Shown here: positions 27,358-35,239 of the stretch, one piece after another | Numbering within the stretch: the first letter of the stretch is position 1 | Layout of the letters: every line of letters starts with the position of its first letter | DNA from: Chlorobiaceae bacterium | GTDB taxonomy: Bacteria > Bacteroidota > Chlorobiia > Chlorobiales > Chlorobiaceae | Assembly (NCBI GenBank): GCA_013334925.1 | Contig: JAAXWP010000003.1 | Span: forward strand, 32,771-96,770 | Length of the DNA stretch: 64,000 nt | Direction: 5' to 3' | The notes under the pieces: model-generated | What the model saw: the letters and a program-made list of their open reading frames with translations, nothing else | What the model was told of the DNA's origin: nothing | Database searches by the model: none | Translations under genes and position numbers: made by a program

Positions 27358-28098
27358 ATGAATCAACAGGACAACCTCAATCAGTTCCCGGACCAAGCTG
27401 TCATCATGGATGCAGACCCGATACAAATCTTCCGTAAAGCCTGGGGCACCTACCAGAAGGTCATCAGCAACAACCTCATGTTCCACCGGGAAATCTCGTA
27501 CGCGATAAAACAGTTGTTCGAAACCAGTCCCGGCCCACTGCGCCTTCTCGACCTCGGCTGCGGAGACGCATCGCATATCGCCAGAATCCTGAAGCCCGGC
27601 CAACTTGCGGAATACTGCGGATGCGATCTGTTCCCCTACGCCCTCGACGATGCAAGAACCAGCCTGCAACCATTCGGAATCCCCGCAACGCTGCTCTGCC
27701 AGGATATGATCGACGTCATGCAGACCTCCCCCGCGAACCACTTCGACATCGTTTACTCCAGCTATGCCCTGCACCACCTGCCCGTCAGCGAAAAACAGGC
27801 TTTTTTCATGGAGTGCAGCCGAATACTTCGCAGAAACGGTTGCGTGATCATTGTGGATGTCATGCGCGAAGAGGGAGAGGCTCGGCCAGATTATCTCGAC
27901 GGCTACAACGGGACGGTATCGACGCTATGGACAGCACTCACCCCTGACGAACGGGAACAGGTGCAGGAACACATCAGGAATTGCGATTTCCCGGAAACCC
28001 CTTCAGACCTCAAAGCTCTTGCCCGAAATGCAGGACTGACGAGCAGCAGACGACTGGAAAAACAGACCTGGCATGAGGCATGGTGCTTCAGGGCATGA
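27358..28098 (+). CDS. class I SAM-dependent methyltransferase
   Basis: Motif I is LLDLGCGDASH. The post-I acidic residue and motif II (IVYSSYALHHL) are present. Confidence 0.8.
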   Translation: MNQQDNLNQFPDQAVIMDADPIQIFRKAWGTYQKVISNNLMFHREISYAIKQLFETSPGPLRLLDLGCGDASHIARILKPGQLAEYCGCDLFPYALDDARTSLQPFGIPATLLCQDMIDVMQTSPANHFDIVYSSYALHHLPVSEKQAFFMECSRILRRNGCVIIVDVMREEGEARPDYLDGYNGTVSTLWTALTPDEREQVQEHIRNCDFPETPSDLKALARNAGLTSSRRLEKQTWHEAWCFRA

Positions 28099-28280
28099 AC
28101 GGTAATTGCCAGGAGCGCCGAGCCCCAGGGAAGTAACTGCCCCAGTCTGGAATTCTGAGACAGCCACCTCCCTTATCAGTTTTCACCCCGGCTTTACAGC
28201 GGTATGACATCCCTGGAGCTCTCAGCCCGGAGCCGATTCACCCGAACATTACCGGAACGGGAAAGCTGTTCCGGCAGTCG

Positions 28281-31043
28281 TCACAGTTCAAACCGCACAC
28301 CGACCTCACATCCATGCGAATCGGCACCATTTCTGAACTGCCCGGCATAGTTCGCATAGCAGTACCCATTTTTCATCAGACGCATGGTAGCTCCCGCTTT
28401 CGTCTGGAAAAATGTTTGCGATACCCTTGGTGTCAGAATCGGCATGTCGATATCAGCAAGCTCTGCATCAACCTGCGGATGGGCAAGATCAGAGCTGTCT
28501 CTGCCAAATCCGAGATTGAGATGAAAAGTCGATGGGACCGCCAGCGGGTTTCGGGTTTCAGAGCCGAGCGCCACACCGGCCATCATCCGGGTCCCGTTCA
28601 TGCTGTATCCCGGCAGACTCAATGCCGCCGGGGAAGCGCCATCCTCCTCGATCGATCCCCGATCACTGTGGACCCAGACCAGTGACGCATATGGCTGCAC
28701 GCTCAACCCCTTTGAGGTAACCGGCACGCGAAGGGTAACACCGGCCATGCTGTCGAATCCGTTTTCTTCAGAGTCCAATGACTCCGGGCTCAATCCAAGC
28801 GGATCGGGACGGCTTGTTTTCCAGTTTGTGGAACCCAATGAGACCAAACTCTCCAGTACAGCGCCTCCAAGGTTGAACTGACCGTAGACAAATCCCATAT
28901 TCTGCGTAGCGGAACCGGAGCTATCGTGCGAGGCATCCACATCGGCATCGACATGGGAATAACCGACGCCGATCCGGGCATTTTTATTTAACAGGAGGTC
29001 GCCACCCACCGTATACTGGTTGCGGTCGGCATCGAATGAAGAGGCCAGATCATCACCATACCTCTTATCCCAGTTTTTTGTAGCGGTAAACCAGACGCCT
29101 CTTTTGGTGGTTTTATCCTCCCCACAAAGCGGAGACTCACCCAGGATATCCGACACCATCGATTGCAGAGCCAGTGAAGAGAGGGGAACCTCTGCCGCCA
29201 TTGCACCATGCACTTCACCAGCAAGCGCTGTAGTCATACCCGTCAGATTGGCAGCATTCGCTCCAGCCGCTCCATAAAGCAAGGCCTGCTGCTTGCTGCT
29301 GACCGGTGAAACGGAATCGGCAGCGACGAGCTGATCAAGCACCCTTGCCGCCGACTGCGCATTCTCGTTCCCGTCATGTAAATAGACATAACTCTCCCAT
29401 GAAGTCGGAATCACGCGAAGGTCGACACTGTTGCTGCCAGCGACATTGTAGAACGCATAAAAACGGGTACCATCCAGCAAACCTGAGGCCGGCTGCAGTA
29501 TCGTATCGAATCTGCCGCTTATCCCGCCGTCGGCCGTAACGATCCTGAAGCTGTCACCAAGCGAGGGTACAAAGGTATTATTGGCCGATCCGGTGATTCC
29601 TCTCAGCACAGGGGAAAGCGTAGAACCGGATTCGATCACAAACTGATTTCCGGTTCCGGTTATCAGCAACCGATCGTAATTGCCCGCGCCATCGCCAGTC
29701 CCAAGCCCGTCAACATCCACGCTCATGGTACTGCCACTCGCCATGGTAACGGTTCCGACCGTTGTCAGGGTACCCGGTGAATTTCCAGGAGCCAGGATTC
29801 CTGCAACCGTGATCGGGCTGTTGATCACGCCGAGACCATGCAACGCCGCTCCGGTATTGACAATCACCGGGCTGCTTAAAAGACCGTTCACGACCAGTGT
29901 CGCCCCGGTCTCGACCGTTGTCGTTCCGGTAAACGTATTGATACCAGAAAGCGTTACGGACCCGCCAGAACCGGTATTTTTGATGTTCAGGAACCCGGGT
30001 GAATTTACTGCGGCATTGGAGATATCTCCTGAAAACGTCGATGCCAAGCCATTCTGATCGATAGTACCGCCAGTTGATTTTACCGTAAAGTCCTGCGCCA
30101 TGGTAAGATTGGCGGCGCCAGCCTTAAGGGTACCGCCATCAAACACCGTGGAGACGCTCCCGGCAGCCACCGCTGCTGCAGTAATGGGTGTAGATCCTGA
30201 TATATCACCACCACCCGAGGTCACCGTACCAGCTGTATTACCGATAAAAAACAGCGGGTCATACATCGCATTATCATCTCTGGAATTAAAATCCACAAAA
30301 CTGACCCAGTAGGTACCTGCAGTGGTGATATCGAAGGTATAGGTTTCCCACTGGGTAGACCCATAATTCGACATCACAATCGTTCCGGCTGGATACCCAC
30401 CTTGTGGTGGAGTAGTCGCTGCATAACCAATTCTTGCGAGCAACTTAACCGTTTGGTTTCCATTGTTATCCGATATCGCAAACAAAACACCATCACTGAA
30501 TGGGGTATAGTCTGCCGCAGCATAAGCCCAGGCAAACGAGTATGTCCCAGCAGTAAAAGTGAAGCTTTTAGTGATCACACCATAATTTTTCGTATTGAGA
30601 TCGTTCGATTGTACAATACCAGAACTTACTATTGATTTTACTGAACCATTGGTAAGGTGAAGCGCTGCATCGATGGAGTCAAGATTCGTGCTGTTGTTGA
30701 TGGTAAGCGATGTCCCCGAGGGTTTTATAAGCACCATTGTCTCGCCTGATGCTGGGGCCAGAGTGTAGTCAGAAAATCCAAGAATTTGGTCCCCGAGTGT
30801 TACAGAATACGTTGTCGGAGATGAATAGGTTGTTGTGGATCCATACACAGTCCAGCCAGACAACCCGCTCGAAAAGTCCAGAAAGGTATCGGCAGCACTC
30901 GCCGATCTCGAGATCAGCATCATGACGGCAAGACTGAGAGCCCCAAGATTGAGAACCGGGCATCCTTTTGCACCCGCTTTTTCAGAAACGACAAGCCATT
31001 TCTGCTTTACCTTCGACCATACAATTTTGTGAATCCTGTTCAT
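28281..31043 (-). CDS. type Va autotransporter with an ESPR extended signal peptide
   Basis: Starting at ATG 31043 gives MNRIHKIVWSKVKQKWLVVSEKAGAKG, the ESPR motif. The passenger has autotransporter-associated beta-strand repeats (GGTLKAG..., GSVTLSGINTFTGTTTVETGATLVVNG). The C-terminal beta-barrel domain ends ...GVRFEL. Confidence 0.9.
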   Translation of the reverse strand: MNRIHKIVWSKVKQKWLVVSEKAGAKGCPVLNLGALSLAVMMLISRSASAADTFLDFSSGLSGWTVYGSTTTYSSPTTYSVTLGDQILGFSDYTLAPASGETMVLIKPSGTSLTINNSTNLDSIDAALHLTNGSVKSIVSSGIVQSNDLNTKNYGVITKSFTFTAGTYSFAWAYAAADYTPFSDGVLFAISDNNGNQTVKLLARIGYAATTPPQGGYPAGTIVMSNYGSTQWETYTFDITTAGTYWVSFVDFNSRDDNAMYDPLFFIGNTAGTVTSGGGDISGSTPITAAAVAAGSVSTVFDGGTLKAGAANLTMAQDFTVKSTGGTIDQNGLASTFSGDISNAAVNSPGFLNIKNTGSGGSVTLSGINTFTGTTTVETGATLVVNGLLSSPVIVNTGAALHGLGVINSPITVAGILAPGNSPGTLTTVGTVTMASGSTMSVDVDGLGTGDGAGNYDRLLITGTGNQFVIESGSTLSPVLRGITGSANNTFVPSLGDSFRIVTADGGISGRFDTILQPASGLLDGTRFYAFYNVAGSNSVDLRVIPTSWESYVYLHDGNENAQSAARVLDQLVAADSVSPVSSKQQALLYGAAGANAANLTGMTTALAGEVHGAMAAEVPLSSLALQSMVSDILGESPLCGEDKTTKRGVWFTATKNWDKRYGDDLASSFDADRNQYTVGGDLLLNKNARIGVGYSHVDADVDASHDSSGSATQNMGFVYGQFNLGGAVLESLVSLGSTNWKTSRPDPLGLSPESLDSEENGFDSMAGVTLRVPVTSKGLSVQPYASLVWVHSDRGSIEEDGASPAALSLPGYSMNGTRMMAGVALGSETRNPLAVPSTFHLNLGFGRDSSDLAHPQVDAELADIDMPILTPRVSQTFFQTKAGATMRLMKNGYCYANYAGQFRNGADSHGCEVGVRFEL

Positions 31044-31797
31044 GGGGAGATGAGATTTAGTTGGAGGTTTGTTGACGATAAAGGACGGAAACGGATACCG
31101 GAATCGCTGGACAGGCACCATGCAGCAGCCTTTCGCGGCATCGGACTGCACGCGATTGCCGGGTTGATATCGGCTGTTGAGAGCTGACAATACGGGGTAA
31201 AAGAGACGAGCGAGATAAAAAAGATATGGGCTACGAGAAGTAGGGCAAGAAAGATACAATCGATGATAACAGGCATTGCCTTATGAGTGAATGGGGGTAG
31301 CAACCACTATCACCAATATACGTCATTATCACCAACAATCAACTTATATATTGTTTCAAAACAACATCACATTCCAGAGACACAGATATTGTCATACCAC
31401 ACTAAAACACTTTATTTTAAACAGATAGCTCACATATATACATATAATTCAGAGCGACTCCTATATATATAACACAAGCAACAAGCCCTGATCCCAGCAC
31501 TTATGTCATAAAATCAATGCCGGATTATAACTTCAAAATGCATCCGATGTTTCACCCGGCGCTACCAGTCAATACATATCGAACCATCTGCTCAATTAAC
31601 AGCATACATACACCTTTATATGCAACAAAAAACACTCAACCTATATAATACTTTACATACGCCATGCATTACGAATGAGTATCTGTTCACCCAGAGATTG
31701 TTTCATACGGCGGAGGATTATCAGTGGCAGGAAAAGAGACTCCACTCAATTATTACTCCAGCAACATCAAGTCGCAAATGAATACCGCTCCAAATCT

Positions 31798-31874
31798 GTC
31801 ATCCTGAACGAAGTGAAGGATCCATCTTCTTTTCAAGCATGGAGTTATGGATTTTTCAATTCGCTCAGTATGAT
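31798..31874. repeat. MITE-like imperfect palindromic element (short copy)
   Basis: The left arm is GTCATCCTGAACGAAGTGAAGGATCCAT. The right arm reverse-complements to ATCATACTGAGCGAATTGAAAAATCCAT. It belongs to the same family as 59121..59237. Confidence 0.6.
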
Positions 31875-31997
31875 ATTGTCTGCTGTTGCGAGATGTGGCC
31901 TTTAATCACCGGAACAATAACAAATCGACTATTGATTAACGCTGCTCGTATTCCGATGCATAGGGCTATCAACGGCAACACCTGTAATGAAAGTTTG

Positions 31998-32903
31998 TCA
32001 GGAGAACACATAAGCGAACTGTCTCAAGAATCGCCTTTCCGGTGACCAATCGGTGATTGCGAACACAACGTCTGCAAAGTGCCCAGCAAAATCGCCTTCC
32101 AATGCCTTACGAAAATCGAGCGCTGTGCGGTACGGATCATTTGCAAATGCTCCGCAGCCCCATGCGCCGAGCACAAGAGTTTCATAACCATACGCTGAAG
32201 CGACCGCAAGGATGCGATGTATTCGTTTCTGCAAGAGGTTTGCAGATTCGGGTTGACCGATCACCGGGGCGTATGGTGCTGCAGAGGTCAGAAAACCAAG
32301 GTTCCATGGTTCATCGAGCGCTCTTCCACTATCTGTTCGGAAAACAGGTACATCTGGAGAGTAGATCACCCAGTCGCTGGAATCAGGTCGTTGACGACGC
32401 TCGTGGTATTCATACATGGGATCATCAACCAGGGTGCAGTAAAGAGCGCTTGAACGGCAAAGCACCTCTTCCTGTGCTTTCGCACCACTGAGAAAACCGC
32501 CTCCCGGGCGAACGCCATTCGCAAAATTGAGGGCAAGAGTTCGGTGCCCGTCTTGAACCAAACGAAACGAAGCCTGAAGCGTCGTTTCATTGCAGACCAG
32601 AACCCTTGTCTCAGGAAGGTGAAGTGGAGGCCTGGTAATCTGTAATGCGACATCAGGCGGAATGCTCTGTTTCAGTACTCGGGCGTGGGAAACAGCCTCG
32701 CTCCAGTCAACCTTTTGGCCTGTGCTGTTGACGTAGTAACCGCGGTTTATTGCTTCGACGGCTGACAAGCCGAGCTCTGACGCACTTTCCCGGGATATAT
32801 CCAGAGCTTGTCTGCATGATCTGGCCATCTCAGGAGAATCCATGCAGCCAAGCATCCTCAGCCGGGGTCCCGTCTCTCCACCATGCTCTCCCTCCGCATT
32901 CAT
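31998..32903 (-). CDS. bacterial-type poly(ADP-ribose) glycohydrolase family macrodomain protein (DUF2263/TIGR02452)
   Basis: The PARG signature GGG-X7-QEE is present: NFANGVRPGGGFLSGAKAQEEVLCRSS (GGG at aa 134-136, QEE at aa 144-146). A later AWGCGAF block is typical of the family. Confidence 0.8.
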   Translation of the reverse strand: MNAEGEHGGETGPRLRMLGCMDSPEMARSCRQALDISRESASELGLSAVEAINRGYYVNSTGQKVDWSEAVSHARVLKQSIPPDVALQITRPPLHLPETRVLVCNETTLQASFRLVQDGHRTLALNFANGVRPGGGFLSGAKAQEEVLCRSSALYCTLVDDPMYEYHERRQRPDSSDWVIYSPDVPVFRTDSGRALDEPWNLGFLTSAAPYAPVIGQPESANLLQKRIHRILAVASAYGYETLVLGAWGCGAFANDPYRTALDFRKALEGDFAGHFADVVFAITDWSPERRFLRQFAYVFS

Positions 32904-33341
32904 ACCTCTGGCTCCGATTCATTATCACGGAACAGATTCACATAGCTCTGATAGGTGAACTTCCTGTTTCGAACCTGACCGGTAAATTCTGCTTGCTGAC
33001 CTCGATCACTCCTTGAAGAAAAAAAGCAAGCCAATCCTCCCAAAATCCATAATCACGAACATCCTGCAATGAACTTTGGGTTCCTTCGATCTGGCTTGAG
33101 AGAACGGCTTCTTTTCGCACGTACATGAATACGAACAGAAGCGGGTGTGGCAATGTCTGTATAGACCCGTCAAGACGACCCAAGGCAAGATCCGCCTTTG
33201 ACAGGAGCCCTTGCAACTCATTCTCGATCATGACCGGTGGCGACGGTGGTAATGGTGCAGAAACGCTCGATAGTCACTCAATTGTCTTACATAACGCCCT
33301 GCTCTTGCTGAACCATCCGTATTCGCATCGAAGTTGCCCAT
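32900..33341 (-). pseudogene. decayed Fic-family gene (two frameshifts plus loss of the catalytic core)
   Basis: Three frames together read MGNFDANTDGSARAGRYVRQLSDYRAFL / APLPPSPPVMIENELQGLLSKADLALGRLDGSIQTLPHPLLFVFMYVRKEAVLSSQIEGTQSSLQDV.. WEDWLAFFLQGVIEVSKQ / EFTGQVRNRKFTYQSYVNLF...EV*. These are the N- and C-terminal hallmarks of one Fic subfamily. The HPFxxGNGR core is missing. The stop (32902-32900) overlaps the PARG ATG. Confidence 0.75.
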
Positions 33342-33348
33342 AATAAAA

Positions 33349-33446
33349 CCTGCCTTTATTATAGCCATGCAACCAACCCATACAAAAGGCTCCCTTTAAT
33401 ATGGCCGATACTTTCACCATTATGAATTCCTGCCTTTACTATGAAT
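33349..33446. repeat. three 18-bp direct repeats at exact 40-bp spacing (possible operator/iteron array)
   Basis: CCTGCCTTTATTATAGCC (33349), GCTCCCTTTAATATGGCC (33389) and CCTGCCTTTACTATGAAT (33429). They lie in the gap between the Fic remnant and the degenerate plus-strand ORF. Confidence 0.6.
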
Positions 33447-33500
33447 CGCATATCATACCATCCGCAATACATGATCTTCCGTTCAGAGAAGTTCGGGAAC

Positions 33501-33788
33501 ATGCCGGAAATCATGAAGCCACACCCATAGAGTGTCAGCCCGTGCTTTCAAAAAGCTGCCAATAAAGTGGAACCAATTCCATGAGTAGTCACCAAGATCG
33601 ATCTGATCCTGAAGGCAAAGCACGAAGGCGCTCTGACAGGCAAAGCCATCACGGGCTGCATCATCGAGATCGCGGATTATCTCAAATGCTCCCTCGTGGA
33701 AGGCAAGAACAGCGACTGCATTGATGAGTACAACCAGAAGGAGCACAAGCGCAGGGAGAAGACCAAAAACTCCATCGACCTGGATTAA
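33501..33788 (+). pseudogene. possible decayed small gene (two in-frame stops)
   Basis: The frame from ATG 33501 is interrupted by TAG (33528) and TGA (33582). It then reads a protein-like VVTKIDLILKAKHEGALTGKAITGCIIEIADYLKCSLVEGKNSDCIDEYNQKEHKRREKTKNSIDLD* and is followed by a plus-strand terminator. Confidence 0.3.
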
Positions 33789-33828
33789 CCCAGCCGGTCC
33801 TGCGAGGAATATCCTATTTACTATCATC

Positions 33829-33873
33829 GCCTGCACACCATGAGGACACTCCCCGGTGTACAGGCGTTTTTTT
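33829..33873 (+). terminator. rho-independent terminator
   Basis: Stem GCCTGCACACC / GGTGTACAGGC (one mismatch), 15-nt loop, then G + T7. Confidence 0.65.
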
Positions 33874-34353
33874 GTTATGCGGGGTCAGCAGCAGCGAATC
33901 CGACACATAGCCATTTGCAAAATCTTCCTGATACAAGGATCACTTGCCGATGCAGAATATACTGCACTCACGCCTAAACATTATTTCATATACTCTTAGC
34001 AAAAGGTTCGCCGACAATAATATGCATATTAGCAACAAAGTGTTTTAGGAACAGGTAAACAGCAGCATATTCTGAAGTGTATGGATGTATTGACATCCTT
34101 CAATTAGAATCGGTGAATAGTCATGACAGGTGTGTGGAGGTCTACTAAGCATCCCCCCACACTTTGAAGTCCTGAGGGATACTAAATGAGGTTTAAATGT
34201 CAAATATTTGTTTTAAGGAGATTGCTTAATAAAATTGTATGAAGTTTATCGGCTTACAGCTGCGAACATCCTGGACGCTCCTGTCCACCGAATAATAGTG
34301 ATAAAAGCACTAAACCAAATATCCTCTTTAATCACCTTATATTTATATATAAA

Positions 34354-35238
34354 TTATGGGACAAGGCAATTTATTCCGCATAGCTCCTTGTCAATATATC
34401 TTAAACCACATGATTTTGGCAATTTCAAAAAATCACTAAAGACAAAAACCTCTTTTCCCTTGTAATTCCTAGCAGCCGAATATTGCAAATCATATGTAAA
34501 ATGGCTCATAGCTGAGTATAATTCGATTATTTCCGGAACATTATCATATGATAACACCCACGGTTTAGCAACATTACGAATGGCCCTGGAAATCCGCTCA
34601 TGATCTTTTGGTTTATAGGAATTAAGATAAAGGTCTTTTGCTTTATTATAATATGGAGGGTCGAAATAAAGCAAACTATTATCATCCAAAACCGGAACAT
34701 AGTTATCGATAAATTCCTCAGCATCTAAGTTTGAAAGAAATATTGAATCCCCATATAACCCAATTAACTCAATCCTCCGTATCAAATCATTTCTGGAGAA
34801 TCTCGCGTCCATTTTATAGTTCCCACTTTGGTTTAAGCCCCCGATAACACCCGCATTGAGAACTCCCGACCTATTGCAACGATTCATATAGAACGTAGAA
34901 TAGCCCACCTCAAAAAGGCTGTATTGCTCAGGTGATTTAAGCACCTCTCGACGCCTCTCCCATTCCTCAATTGTTAGAGATGCTGATAGTATACGTCCGC
35001 AAAGCTTTTCATTTTCATTCTTAACCGCATGCCAAAAAGCGTAGATCCTAATATCCGAATCATTCAAATGAATACGCTTTATTTTTTTGGCAAGCAAGAG
35101 TTCTAAAGCCACTCCTGCTCCACCTGCATATGGCTCAACATAGTTTCCATCAATCCCGTTTATTTCCAATATTTCGCCAATAAATGGCGCCAATCTTTGT
35201 TTCCCCCCAGGGTATCTTAATGGTGTCCTATTCATCAT
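34354..35238 (-). CDS. Dam-family (D12 class, alpha-type) N6-adenine DNA methyltransferase
   Basis: LRYPGGKQRL, motif I NYVEPYAGGAGVALELL, and motif IV LLYFDPPYY (DPPY at aa 193-196), in the order I...IV. The gene is AT-rich. Its start is 1 nt after the upstream gene's stop. Confidence 0.9.
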   Translation of the reverse strand: MMNRTPLRYPGGKQRLAPFIGEILEINGIDGNYVEPYAGGAGVALELLLAKKIKRIHLNDSDIRIYAFWHAVKNENEKLCGRILSASLTIEEWERRREVLKSPEQYSLFEVGYSTFYMNRCNRSGVLNAGVIGGLNQSGNYKMDARFSRNDLIRRIELIGLYGDSIFLSNLDAEEFIDNYVPVLDDNSLLYFDPPYYNKAKDLYLNSYKPKDHERISRAIRNVAKPWVLSYDNVPEIIELYSAMSHFTYDLQYSAARNYKGKEVFVFSDFLKLPKSCGLRYIDKELCGINCLVP

Positions 35239-35239
35239 A

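Noticed and set aside
31044-31259. 72-codon N-terminal extension of the autotransporter ORF. Similar extensions lie at 3505-3774, 51725-51925, 6436-6522, 6960-7052, 46992-47105 and 1761-1814
   Set aside because: Internal starts give canonical N-termini (ESPR motif, DUF1343 start, metallophosphoesterase motif I, receiver beta1, GlgE start). The extensions overlap upstream genes or terminators, or have aberrant composition.
34235-34724. ORFs 34235..34465 (+) and 34527..34724 (-) overlapping the Dam-family gene
   Set aside because: They lie in alternative frames of a gene whose main frame carries all the MTase motifs. Their translations are Ile/Phe/Lys/Asn-rich artefacts of AT-rich DNA.
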